From positions 298,714-362,713 of the forward strand of contig CAVZGT010000005.1 in the NCBI GenBank assembly GCA_963774855.1: a stretch of DNA of 64,000 bases, written 5' to 3'. Below are positions 17,823-27,044 of this stretch, one piece after another (the stretch's first letter is position 1; each line of letters begins with the position of its first letter). The translations under genes and the position numbers were made by a program. The notes beneath the pieces were generated by a model that saw only the letters and a program-made list of their open reading frames with translations, was not told the origin of the DNA and ran no database searches. The DNA is from an uncultured Acidobacteriota bacterium (GTDB lineage: Bacteria > Acidobacteriota > Vicinamibacteria > Vicinamibacterales > 2-12-FULL-66-21).

Positions 17823-20261
17823 CTATTCACTGCGCAGTGCAACAAGAGGATCGACTCGCGAGGCGCGCCGCGCCGGTATGTAGCTCGCGACGAGCGCCAC
17901 CGCAAGCATCACGGCGGACATTCCGGCGAACGCCATCGGGTCCAGGCGCCCGACACCGAAGAGCAGCGTCTGGATATAACGAGTGAGGGCCACGGCAGCC
18001 AGCGCTCCCACGACCACGCCAACCAGCGCCACCCGGGTGCCTTGCCAGACGAACATCCGGCGCACGGTCTTTGCCTCGGCGCCCAGGGCCATGCGTACGC
18101 CGATCTCCTGCGTCCGTTGCGTCACGCCGTACCAGAGCACGCCGTACAGGCCGACCGCACCAAGGACCAGCGCGAGCACGGCGGCAATGCTGACCATGAC
18201 CATCGTGAACCACAGACTGGCCATGGCCTTGGCGGCCAGAGCCTCCATCGTGAAGATCCGATACATCGGGGAGTTCGGAACCACCTCCCGAATGATGGCG
18301 CGAACCTCCGGGGCCAGTTGGTCGGCACGGGCCGACTTCATCACGTAGGCCGGCGACGTGGACGCACCCGGCAGGTAGACCATCGGCTCCGGAGACTTGC
18401 GGCGGAGGTCGTCCACCAGGATGTCTTCGACCACGCCGATGACGGTGAACCACGTATCGGCGCCGGCGGTGGCCGGTCGCACCTTTTGACCAATCGGCTC
18501 TTCGCCAGGGAACAACGTCCTGGCGGCGGTCTCGCTGATGATCACGTTGCGAGTTCCCAGCTCTTCCTCCATCCGCTCGAAATAGCGGCCGCTCCTGAGT
18601 GCGATTCCCATCGTCTGGAAATATGCGCCGCCGGCGGCGGCGTTCCGAACGAGAGGTGCCTCCGCTCCACTCGCCTGAATCCTGGGGGTTGTGACGTTCG
18701 CGCTGCCCGCGCCCTCGTCCAGCGGCAGCGTGGAGATGAATCCAACCGATTCGACGCCGGGCAGGGCCTTCAGGCGATCCATGAACACGTACTGAAACCG
18801 CGAGATCGATGCACGATCGGTCAGATCGGGGCGGCCCGCCGCGATCTGGAACGTGAAGATTCCTTTCGTGTCATATCCGGCGTCGACTTGGCTGAGCTGC
18901 CAGACGCTGCGCATGAGCAGCGCCGCGCCAACCAGCAGGACGAGAGCCGAGGCGGTTTGCACCGCTACGAGCGCATCGCGCGCAAGGCTTCTGCGGCCGA
19001 CGATGCCTCGTCCGGCCTGCTGGAGGCTGCCGAGCCGCGAGCCCGACAGGCGGAAAGCGGGCAGCAGGCCGAACGCGCACGCGGCCAGGACCGAGAGGCC
19101 CGCGGTAACGAGCAAGGCCGTACAATCGAGGTGCGCGGCGGCGAGCCCGGCAATGGGTGCGCCGGCAAAGCCACCCGCGACCGCATCCGGCGCCGCGCGG
19201 ACCAGGAGTGGGACCCCGGCCCACGCGATGACCGCGCCAACCGCGCCTCCGGCTGCCGCGAGCAGGAGCGCGTCGGTCACTTGCGGGCGCACCAGGTCGG
19301 CTCGTCCCGCACCGAGAGCCCGGCGCACTGACAGTTCGACGCGCCGGTTCTCCGCTCTGACCGTGAACAAATTCGCCACGTTGACACAGGCGACGAGGAA
19401 GACGATGCCGACCGTGCCGAGCAGAATCCAGAGTGCCGTCGAGATCCGGCCCACGAGTTGCTCGCGCAGCGGCTTCACCACCGGCCGGTGACGTTCCATG
19501 ATCCGCACGTACGGCGCGGGTCCGCCCAGCCGCTGCTGCACCTGACGCGCGATCGGTTCGAGCTGCGCGACCAGTGCTGCGCGGTCCGTTCCCGGCTTCA
19601 TACGCGCCACCATGCGCGGCCCGAATCCGCCCGGCGTGACCTGAGCGGCGCGAATCGCCAGCGGCACCCAGAACGCGACGCGCTCGTCGGGGAAGCGGAA
19701 CTCCGGCTTCATGATGCCGATCACCTCCCGGTTCTGGCCCGCGAAGAAGTAGCTCTTGCCGATCACCTTCTCATCGGAGTTGAACCAGTTCTGCCAAAGC
19801 CAATAGCTGATGACGACGACGCGACCGTCGTCGGTAGCGGCAGGCAACCGGCCACGGAGAGGCACCGCGCCAAGCGTCGTAAAGAATGAGGGAGTGGCCT
19901 GAGTGACGAAGAGCTGGTCGACCTGCCCTTCCGCGCGTGTCGTGGACGAACCGATGCCATAAATGCCGGCGTCTTCGATCCCGGGCACGCTCTCGCGGTA
20001 CGCGAAGTAGAGCTCGTCCGGAACGCCGAACTCCTCGGGCTGATCGGTTCCCGGAGCGGTCCCTCCAATATGAACGAGCCGATCCGCATTCGGGAACGGC
20101 AGCGGCTCGAGGAGCACCGCCTTGACGACGCTGAAGATGGAGGCGTTCGCGCCGATGGCGAGCGCGAGCGTCGCCACGACGGTCAGCGTGAAGCCCGGCG
20201 TGCGGCCAAGACTGCGCGCCGAGTGCCTGAAGTCCCTGACCCACGATTCCACTGCCTTCAC
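17823..20261 (-). CDS. ADOP-type MacB/FtsX-family permease
   Basis: 812 aa, GTG start. MKAVESWVRDFRHSARSLGRTPGFTLTVVATLALAIGANASIFSVVKAVLLEPLPF.. TQEIGVRMALGAE .. VDPLVALRSE. Confidence 0.9.
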   Translation of the reverse strand: MKAVESWVRDFRHSARSLGRTPGFTLTVVATLALAIGANASIFSVVKAVLLEPLPFPNADRLVHIGGTAPGTDQPEEFGVPDELYFAYRESVPGIEDAGIYGIGSSTTRAEGQVDQLFVTQATPSFFTTLGAVPLRGRLPAATDDGRVVVISYWLWQNWFNSDEKVIGKSYFFAGQNREVIGIMKPEFRFPDERVAFWVPLAIRAAQVTPGGFGPRMVARMKPGTDRAALVAQLEPIARQVQQRLGGPAPYVRIMERHRPVVKPLREQLVGRISTALWILLGTVGIVFLVACVNVANLFTVRAENRRVELSVRRALGAGRADLVRPQVTDALLLAAAGGAVGAVIAWAGVPLLVRAAPDAVAGGFAGAPIAGLAAAHLDCTALLVTAGLSVLAACAFGLLPAFRLSGSRLGSLQQAGRGIVGRRSLARDALVAVQTASALVLLVGAALLMRSVWQLSQVDAGYDTKGIFTFQIAAGRPDLTDRASISRFQYVFMDRLKALPGVESVGFISTLPLDEGAGSANVTTPRIQASGAEAPLVRNAAAGGAYFQTMGIALRSGRYFERMEEELGTRNVIISETAARTLFPGEEPIGQKVRPATAGADTWFTVIGVVEDILVDDLRRKSPEPMVYLPGASTSPAYVMKSARADQLAPEVRAIIREVVPNSPMYRIFTMEALAAKAMASLWFTMVMVSIAAVLALVLGAVGLYGVLWYGVTQRTQEIGVRMALGAEAKTVRRMFVWQGTRVALVGVVVGALAAVALTRYIQTLLFGVGRLDPMAFAGMSAVMLAVALVASYIPARRASRVDPLVALRSE

Positions 20262-20322
20262 CTGCCACCTCGTTGATTCGCCGTTGATTCATCGGGAGAC
20301 TTCGTCCCGCCTCAACAGCCCT

Positions 20323-20349
20323 GACGCGCGAGGAGGCCGGTTATTACAC
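20323..20349 (-). promoter_or_regulatory. candidate ECF-type promoter (27-nt motif, copy 2)
   Basis: The minus strand reads GTGTAATAACCGGCCTCCTCGCGCGTC, 61 nt upstream of the GTG of permease 17823..20261. Confidence 0.35.
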
Positions 20350-20415
20350 GGTGTGCTGGAGAATTGTGGCGCCGCCGGCGGAGAGGACCGCGCTTTGCCA
20401 CGCCGAGGGCCGGAA

Positions 20416-23202
20416 CTATTCGTACTTCAGGGCGAGCATGGGATCGACGCGGACCGCGCGATATGCGGGCACGAACCCGGCTGCGAGAGCCACGAGCCCG
20501 AGCACGGCAATCGACGAGGCCAGCACGACAGGGTCGTGAAACTGCAGCCCGAACAGCAGGGTCTGTGCGGCACGCCCCACCAGGATGGCAAGCGCCAGGC
20601 CGATCGTGCCACCGGCCATCACGATCACGCCCACCTGACGGAGCACCATCCACCGCACGCCACCGCGCGTGGCGCCGAGCGCCATGCGCAGGCCGATCTC
20701 GGACGTGCGCTGCGCGACAGTGAAGGCGAGCAGCCCGTAGAGGCCGATGGCAGCCACGAGAGTCGCGAGCGTCGCGAAGGCGCCGGTCATCACGCTCATC
20801 AACCGTTGCGGCGTCGTCGCTCCACGCATCGCGTCGTCCATCGTCCGAAGCCCTTCGATCGGCAGGTTCTGGTCGAGCCGCCGCATCACCCCCCGGATCG
20901 CCATGATGGTCTGGCCGGCGTCGAGCGACGTCCGAACGTAGAAGGTCATGACGTTCGGCGTGTTGGTGCTCTGGCGGTGCGGGACGAAATACATCGGCGG
21001 CGCGGCGTCGCTGAGGTTGCTGTGCTTGAAGTCCCGCACCAGGCCGACAATCTCGACGTCGAGCGCCGGCGTTCCCCGAGACATCCGCTTGCCGGTCACA
21101 TCGCCCGAAAGGCCGAACTTCCTGGCAAACTGTTCGTTGACGATGGCGACCCTGGCCGCATTCTCCGAATCGGCAGCGGTGAACTCGCGGCCGGCAATCT
21201 GTGGAATTCCAAGTGTTCGAAAGTAGCCGGGACCGATTTCGTCGTACCGCGTGCCGCGGTCCGCGGCGCGTCCGGCATCGAAGCCCTCCACGAATACGTC
21301 CGTGACGCGGACGTCTCCCGAGAGCAGCGGCGTGGACGATGACGTGACGGCCGTCACACCGGGCAGCGCGGCCATCTCCTCCTCGAGACGATCGAACAGC
21401 GCCGCCGAGCGTGGACTGGTGTAGCCGTTGCGCTGGGGTGCGATCCCGAACATGACCATGCCATCGATCCTCAGTCCGGGATCGACACGGCTGATGTTGC
21501 CAAGGCTCTTCGTGAACAAACCTGCCAGAACGATGAGCACCATCGACAGCGCCACCTGCGCCATCGCGAGCGAGACGCGAAAGCGCGCCCCGGCGCGGCC
21601 TCCGGCCGGTTGCCCAGTCTGGGCTTTGAGCGCCGCGCGCACGTCCGGCCGTGCGGCGTGAAGCGAGGGGAGCAACCCGACCGCCACGCTCGCGCCAAGC
21701 GCCAACGCGCCCGTGATGATGAGCGTGGATGTGTCCAGCGGCAGGGCCAGCACCGACGCTTCGCCGCCGAGCGTCGCGCGAACCAGGTCCATCGTCCACT
21801 GCGCGACGAAGAGACTGGCCATCGCGGCGATCAACGCCAGCACCGAGGACTCGGTCAGGAGTTGAGCGATGAGACGCCCGCGAGTGGCCCCAAGAGACAA
21901 ACGCGTGGCCAGCTCCTTCGCGCGCGCGGCCGCGCGAGCAAGCAGGAGGTTCGCCACGTTGACACAGGCGATGAGCAGGACGAGCGTGGTGACGGCCAGC
22001 AGCAGGGTCAGCGGTACCCGAGCGTCCGTCGCGAAACGGCTCTGTCCGCGCGACCCGGGGTCGAGACGGATGCCCCTCGCTCTGAACTCCGCCATCATCG
22101 GATCGCTCATGCCCTCCTGGAGCGGCACCTCGACCTCGTTGGTGATGGCGCGATAGGGCACGTCAATCGCCGCGCGCGCCTGTTCCAGCGCGACGCCTGG
22201 CTTCAGACGGGCGAACAGGTAGACCCAATATCCGCGCCGGTTCTCAGGTGGGCTGCGCGGGTTGGGCGCCAGGCGCCAGCGCATCGTGATCGGCACGAAG
22301 ACGTCCGCCTTCAGCCCGACGGTCGTTCCGTCAAACCCCGGCGGCGCGACGCCGACGATGGCCATGGGGTGTCCGTTGACGGCGATCGTGTCGTCGAGGA
22401 TGTCCGCGCGCCCGCCCATGTGGCTCTGCCAGTAGGCGTGACTCAGCACGACGGCCTCGGGCCCGTCCACCGTGCGATCGTCGCTCGATCCCAGCAGGCG
22501 GCCGAGCGCGGGCCGCAGACCGAGCACGGGAAAGTAGCTGCCCGACACGAACAGGCCCTGGCTTTTCGTGGTCTGGTCGCGATAACCCAGATTGACGGCG
22601 AGGTCGCGGTGCGCGGCGATGCCGGTGAAGACCGTCTGGAGGCGCTCCAGGTCCCGGAACATGGGATAGCTGAACACCGCCGCGCATTCACCCATGCTGC
22701 CGCAGGACGTCGGTCCGGACCGCGCCCCGGGCGACACGAGATTCACCAGCCGGCGCGGCTCGGGAACCGGCAAGGGCTGGAGGAGCAGTTGGTTGAACAG
22801 GGAGAACATCGCCGTGTTGGCGCCGATGCCGAGCGCGAGCGTCAGCACGGCCACCGCGGTGAAGCCTGGCGCACGTCTCAACATGCGGAGGGCGTAACGG
22901 ATGTCGTGCCCCCGGTCGGTGAGGAACTCCATGCCCATCATGCGCCGCCTCCTCCGCTCGTCGATCGCCACACATTCGAGGCGCGAGCTCTCGACATCGC
23001 CGAAGCGGCGCAAGGTCAGCTCGCGGGCGCGCTCCGGAGATTCGCCGCGCTCGATCAGTTCGCGGATCCGCATGTCCAGGTGAAAGGACAATTCGGCCGC
23101 CACGTCACGGCCGGGATCGAGCCCGAAGAGCCCACGGAAACGCCTCCACCGCGCCGCCACGTCAGCCTCCGCCGCTCGAGGGTTGTGCGTCCAATGCGGC
23201 AA
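20416..23202 (-). CDS. ADOP-type MacB/FtsX-family permease
   Basis: 928 aa. AARWRRFRGLFGLDPGRDVAAELSFHLDMRIRELIERGESPERARELTLRRFGD .. GFTAVAVLTLALGIGANTAMFSLFNQ .. TSEIGLRMALGAT .. VDPMLALKYE. ATG 23202 overlaps padR by 41 nt. GTG 23160, just after the padR stop, is an equally plausible start. Confidence 0.9.
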   Translation of the reverse strand: MPHWTHNPRAAEADVAARWRRFRGLFGLDPGRDVAAELSFHLDMRIRELIERGESPERARELTLRRFGDVESSRLECVAIDERRRRRMMGMEFLTDRGHDIRYALRMLRRAPGFTAVAVLTLALGIGANTAMFSLFNQLLLQPLPVPEPRRLVNLVSPGARSGPTSCGSMGECAAVFSYPMFRDLERLQTVFTGIAAHRDLAVNLGYRDQTTKSQGLFVSGSYFPVLGLRPALGRLLGSSDDRTVDGPEAVVLSHAYWQSHMGGRADILDDTIAVNGHPMAIVGVAPPGFDGTTVGLKADVFVPITMRWRLAPNPRSPPENRRGYWVYLFARLKPGVALEQARAAIDVPYRAITNEVEVPLQEGMSDPMMAEFRARGIRLDPGSRGQSRFATDARVPLTLLLAVTTLVLLIACVNVANLLLARAAARAKELATRLSLGATRGRLIAQLLTESSVLALIAAMASLFVAQWTMDLVRATLGGEASVLALPLDTSTLIITGALALGASVAVGLLPSLHAARPDVRAALKAQTGQPAGGRAGARFRVSLAMAQVALSMVLIVLAGLFTKSLGNISRVDPGLRIDGMVMFGIAPQRNGYTSPRSAALFDRLEEEMAALPGVTAVTSSSTPLLSGDVRVTDVFVEGFDAGRAADRGTRYDEIGPGYFRTLGIPQIAGREFTAADSENAARVAIVNEQFARKFGLSGDVTGKRMSRGTPALDVEIVGLVRDFKHSNLSDAAPPMYFVPHRQSTNTPNVMTFYVRTSLDAGQTIMAIRGVMRRLDQNLPIEGLRTMDDAMRGATTPQRLMSVMTGAFATLATLVAAIGLYGLLAFTVAQRTSEIGLRMALGATRGGVRWMVLRQVGVIVMAGGTIGLALAILVGRAAQTLLFGLQFHDPVVLASSIAVLGLVALAAGFVPAYRAVRVDPMLALKYE

Positions 23203-23512
23203 AGACGGCCGCCGCGTAGCGGCGCCAGTTCGCTGTCTCCACGTTCAACTGCGTGCGTCCCCGCCTGGTGAGCGAATAGAACTTCGCCTGGCGATTGTTC
23301 TCCGAGACGCCCCAGCTGGCATCGATCCAGCCGCGTTCCTCGAGCCGGTGGAGGGCCGGATACAACGTCCCTTCGCCGACGGCCAGGACGTCGGACGTGG
23401 CCTGCTCGATCCACCGCGCGATGGCATAGCCATGCGCCGGGCCCCAGCTCAAGGCTCTCAGGATCAGTAAGTCGAACGTGCCTCGCAGAATCTCTGGTGG
23501 CGGCTGCGGCAT
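23162..23512 (-). CDS. PadR family transcriptional regulator
   Basis: 116 aa. [56 protein letters not shown]. Upstream lies a possible TTGCGT-17-TATCCT promoter. Confidence 0.9.
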   Translation of the reverse strand: MPQPPPEILRGTFDLLILRALSWGPAHGYAIARWIEQATSDVLAVGEGTLYPALHRLEERGWIDASWGVSENNRQAKFYSLTRRGRTQLNVETANWRRYAAAVFAALDAQPSSGGG

Positions 23513-23605
23513 CGTGCTCTCCCATCGGGTTCCAAGGGGAGGATATCAGGTGACCCATCGAAACGCAAGGGGGACGGCGCCGCGGGAGATGCGCGGGAGA
23601 GCTGG

Positions 23606-24425
23606 CTAATGGGCGGTTTGCCGCGCGTTGCGGTGTCGCGGACCGCCAACACGAACGACGAGCTTCGCCACCGCGGTGACGACACTCAGTGCCATGCGCA
23701 GCGGAAAGACGCCGGCGGCCTGATCCGCGCTCGGGGCTCGCGGCATACGACCGTGCCGCTTCGGCAGTCAATGCCATGGCCTGCGGCAGCGACGCACATG
23801 CGGTCAGAAAACTTGGCAGGCCCGCGGACCGATCCTCTGTGTAGTCCAAAACGTCGTCGACGATCTGGCACTGCATCACGATCCGGAAGAGCGTTTCCAC
23901 GTTGGGGTCGCAATGAGTCGCCCTGATGCCCTCTTCGAGGCGCTCGCCGTTCAGCGCGATCGCGGTAACCGCCGCCAGGGACACCCGCGCGACCGCTTCG
24001 CGGTACGAACGAACCTCGTCGAAACGCCGATGATCCCCGCCGATTGACGGGCGTCGTCTTTCCAGTTCCCGAAGCCGGCCGAGATATTCCTCCATCCACG
24101 ACTCCAGGCCGGCCTTCTCCAGCCGCTGCCGGATCGCCTGGTATTCCGCTTCGCACAGATCCTTGTCATCCCAGGCCGCATTCGTGCACGCTTGAAAATC
24201 CAGGAACGTTGCCAGCTCGCTGATTCTCTTTCGCGGCAATCGCTGCGAATTGCGAAGCACATGAAGCGTGTCGAGCGCAACGATGCACAGGACTCGCAAC
24301 GGCGTCTTGGGTGCGGCGTAGAACAAGAGCGGCAGGCCGCGGAGAAGGCAGGTGAGCGACACGAGGCTGGCCCGTAGCCGTCCGTAGCTCGCGCCGTGAC
24401 GCCGTGTTCGATCCACGTCAGACAT
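23606..24425 (-). CDS. hypothetical protein with two Asp-rich motifs (isoprenoid-synthase-like?); 3' end uncertain, probable frame break near 23733
   Basis: ORF 23055..24425. The first ~230 aa look coding (WDDKD at ~86; FRIVMQCQIVDDVLDYTEDRSAGLPSF resembles the second DDxxD motif of polyprenyl synthases). The tail is Arg-rich and overlaps padR, so it is spurious. A shift at the G4 run 23733-23736 gives ..SADQAAGVFPLRMALSVVTAVAKLVVRVGGPRHRNARQTAH, with a stop at 23606. Confidence 0.4.
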
Positions 24426-25308
24426 GACACAGCACGACTTCTCGAGGACACCTCCAGCGGATCGGCACGAGATCGCTGACCCCGCGGCTGACGATCAGGC
24501 GTGTCGGACCACGCTGATGACTCAAGAAGCAATACGGGTAGAAGATCGCCCCCGGAAACAGCCGGTCTCCGTATTCCCAGCCGACCAACTGGCAGCCATG
24601 CAGATGCCCCGCCAGGACGAGGTCGTAGCCGTCATGGCGGGACGTCTTCCAGATGCGCGGGTTGTGCGCGCAGAGGATGCGGACATGCCCATCGTCGTGC
24701 GGCGCGGCTTCAGGGCCGGAGACCGCGATCACTCGCGCCCCATGCATCACGCGTGCGATGCCATCATGGATCCATTGCCCGCCGCCGTGCACCACGGCCT
24801 CGCGGACGCGGTTCATGCCGATCCGCAGGTCGTGGTTGCCACCAATCGCAAGGACCCGAGCGACTTCGCGGAGGCTGGCAACCAGGTCACTCAGCTTGCT
24901 CAACTCGGAGGGACGGTCCACCAGGTCGCCCCCCAGCAGCACCACATCCGGACTGCAGCGAGTCACGCCGTCCATCACCTGCCGGCACAGCGTGTCGGAA
25001 CGACCGTTCCTGAGGTGAATGTCGCTGACATACAGCAGCCGGCACGCGTCGGGCCGCGCCGACAGCCGCTCTTCGCGGACGTGCAAGGCTTGATTCAGCC
25101 CGATTTGCAGCGGTCCGGCAAACCATGGGGATCCGCCGCCCGAGGGCCCTTCGACTCGCTCCCGCTCGCTCAGGGCACGCTGCTGGAAAGTCGGGCTCCT
25201 GATCAACGGACTGCGACCTCTGAAGTGGCCTTCATCGCGCGCCCTCGCCAAGGACGAGGACCGAGACCTCGCGGACGCGCGGCCCGTCGAGCTCCACCAG
25301 GAAGACAC
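24418..25308 (-). CDS. metallophosphoesterase (calcineurin-like)
   Basis: Motifs LLYVSDIHL, LLGGDLVD, AIGGNHD, LAGHLHG. ATG 25308 overlaps yjbQ by 77 nt, so the true start is probably internal (for example TTG 25206). Confidence 0.8.
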   Translation of the reverse strand: MSSWWSSTGRASARSRSSSLARARDEGHFRGRSPLIRSPTFQQRALSERERVEGPSGGGSPWFAGPLQIGLNQALHVREERLSARPDACRLLYVSDIHLRNGRSDTLCRQVMDGVTRCSPDVVLLGGDLVDRPSELSKLSDLVASLREVARVLAIGGNHDLRIGMNRVREAVVHGGGQWIHDGIARVMHGARVIAVSGPEAAPHDDGHVRILCAHNPRIWKTSRHDGYDLVLAGHLHGCQLVGWEYGDRLFPGAIFYPYCFLSHQRGPTRLIVSRGVSDLVPIRWRCPREVVLCHV

Positions 25309-25705
25309 GCTGCCAGCGCCCGAGCTGCAGGCGGCCTTCGGCGACGTTCAGCGACGCCGACGACCCGAGCAGCAGGGCGCGGCAATGCGCGTGGCCGTTC
25401 GACCGTTCGCCCGGGGCCAGGTTCACGGTCCGCACGTCCATGTCATCGTGGCGATAGGGCGCGTCCCTCGGCGCCGCCCGGGCGAGCAAGGCGTCGAAGT
25501 CCGCGAGCAGCAGCGGCTCGTGCTCGTTGACGACGATGGCCGTCGTGGTGTGCAGGCTCTGGATGTTGACGAGGCCGGCGCGGATGCCCGCCTCGGCGGC
25601 CAGCGCCTCGATCCGGGCCGTCAGGTCGATGAACTCCGTCGCGCGCCCGGTCGCGACGCGGATCCGGGTGTGGTGGCAGATTGCCGCGGGCACGAGTGTC
25701 TCCAT
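25232..25705 (-). CDS. yjbQ: YjbQ/UPF0047 family protein (secondary thiamine-phosphate synthase-like)
   Basis: 157 aa. SLHTTTAIVVNEHEP .. GHAHCRALLLGSSASLNVAEGRLQLGRWQRVFLVELDGPRVREV matches the YjbQ pattern. GGAGG RBS. Confidence 0.8.
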   Translation of the reverse strand: METLVPAAICHHTRIRVATGRATEFIDLTARIEALAAEAGIRAGLVNIQSLHTTTAIVVNEHEPLLLADFDALLARAAPRDAPYRHDDMDVRTVNLAPGERSNGHAHCRALLLGSSASLNVAEGRLQLGRWQRVFLVELDGPRVREVSVLVLGEGAR

Positions 25706-25724
25706 GGGCCGTCGTCCTCCTGTC

Positions 25725-25820
25725 GCGCACCGGCCGATTCGACCGGCGTGCGAGAGTATCGCCCGAATAACCCGTTGGCGTCGTGACGCGCCGGTGAGGG
25801 TTGCGTGAGATGTCTGTGAG
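25725..25820 (-). promoter_or_regulatory. conserved leader/promoter element, copy 1, with GTGAG repeats phased at 11 bp
   Basis: Plus-strand GTGAC/GTGAG pentamers start at 25783, 25794, 25805 and 25816, exactly 11 bp apart. Blocks CCGGCGTGCGAGAGTATCGCCCG (25743-25765) and GCGCACCGGCCGATTC (25725-25740) recur upstream of uppS. It ends 20 nt before the yjbQ ATG. Confidence 0.55.
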
Positions 25821-25852
25821 GCCGGACGCCACTAACGGTTTTGAAACCGGCT

Positions 25853-26674
25853 CTACGCTTCGCCGAGGCGGTGTCTCAACAATCGGGCGATCTCCCGGAA
25901 ACTCTGAAACGACAACCCCGCCTGGGCGAGGTGAAGGATGAGCGGGCGCCGGAACACCGAGGTGAAGCTCGCGGCCAGAACGCGCGTGACCGCGTCGTCG
26001 TCGTAGACGTCCAGGACGAGCTCGAGGGTTTCGGCGAGCTTACGTGGGCCGGTGCGGAGTAGACAAGTGGCCAGCAGGGCTCGCACGTCGTCGGCACGTC
26101 GCCAGATCAGTGGGCGGCTCGAGTCATGAACGGTCTCGAAGTCGAACCAGTTTGCGGCTCCGGCCTCGCCCTTCGACGAATGCTCAGGGCGCCCCGAGCC
26201 CCGCCGAGGGGCGAGGTCGACCAGCACGTTCTCGGCCATGGCGTCTCCGTGGGTGAATCCCAGGCGATGGAACTCCGCAAGTGCGACGACCGCCAGTTCG
26301 ATGGCCCTCTTCCGGACCGGCTCCTCCAGCTCCGGATTCTCCAGCAAGGACGCCAGCGTCTGTCCAGCGAGGCAGGGCAGGACGAGCACGCCGCCGGCAT
26401 CGATCCGAATCGAAGCAGCGCGGAGGTCTCGGTAGACGCGGCGCTCCCGCTCCTCCCAATCCCGCTGGGGGAGGACCCGCACACCGCCATCCAGGATCCT
26501 CACCAGCACACCGCCCATCCAGACCAGGAGAGGCGCGTAGAACGAGCGGTGCTTTCGTACCTGCGGCGTGCCGTCCTGGTCGGCGATCGAAACCTTCGAG
26601 TACCTCGCGGATCGGAGCAGCCGCCCCAGAGTCAGGCACAGGGCAAAGTAGGAACGCTCTGCCAGTTCCCGCAC
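25853..26674 (-). CDS. protein-kinase-like fold protein (Kdo/WaaP lipopolysaccharide-kinase-like)
   Basis: 273 aa. Catalytic-loop-like FTHGDAMAENVLVD, followed by WFDFET (DFG-equivalent). No Gly-rich P-loop was recognised. Confidence 0.6.
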   Translation of the reverse strand: MRELAERSYFALCLTLGRLLRSARYSKVSIADQDGTPQVRKHRSFYAPLLVWMGGVLVRILDGGVRVLPQRDWEERERRVYRDLRAASIRIDAGGVLVLPCLAGQTLASLLENPELEEPVRKRAIELAVVALAEFHRLGFTHGDAMAENVLVDLAPRRGSGRPEHSSKGEAGAANWFDFETVHDSSRPLIWRRADDVRALLATCLLRTGPRKLAETLELVLDVYDDDAVTRVLAASFTSVFRRPLILHLAQAGLSFQSFREIARLLRHRLGEA

Positions 26675-26678
26675 CCAC

Positions 26679-27041
26679 TCAATCTCCGGAGAGCACGCAG
26701 GCGATGCCGATGATGATCAGGACCATGCCGACGACGTGAGGGCGGCGCATCTGTTCGCCGAAGACGTAGACGCTCGCGAGGGGGATCAGCACGTAGTTGA
26801 GGCTGGTCAGCCCGTACGCAATCGACAACGGGGCGACTCGCAGAACGTAGAGCCAGCAGACCGTCGAAGCGATCCAGGCGGCGAACCCCGACAGGACATG
26901 CACGTTCCGGGCGGCGGCGAGCAGGAACTCGACGCGCCCGAGCGGCGCGAGGTGCTGGGCGCCTGACTTCAGAAAGAGCTGTCCGACCGCCGAGCACGCC
27001 ACCGTCGCCAGGAGCAGCCCGATCGTCTTTCCTTGGATCAT
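26679..27041 (-). CDS. small 4-TM EamA/SMR-like membrane protein (ArnE/ArnF-like)
   Basis: 120 aa with four hydrophobic spans (TIGLLLATVACSAVGQLFL, VLSGFAAWIASTVCWLYVL, AYGLTSLNYVLIPLASVYVF, VVGMVLIIIGIACVL). It lies 4 nt from uppS and 5 nt from the kinase-like gene. Confidence 0.7.
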   Translation of the reverse strand: MIQGKTIGLLLATVACSAVGQLFLKSGAQHLAPLGRVEFLLAAARNVHVLSGFAAWIASTVCWLYVLRVAPLSIAYGLTSLNYVLIPLASVYVFGEQMRRPHVVGMVLIIIGIACVLSGD

Positions 27042-27044
27042 CGA

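Noticed and set aside
20122-23271. ORFs 20122..21342 (+), 20312..21799 (-), 21610..23271 (+)
   Set aside because: They overlap the 928-aa ADOP permease in other frames or on the other strand. They show no motifs and have typical shadow composition.
23055-23605. C-terminal ~180 aa of the 456-aa ORF 23055..24425
   Set aside because: The tail is Arg/Pro/Gly-rich and overlaps the entire, well-supported padR gene on the same strand in another frame. It is read-through caused by a probable frame break near 23733.
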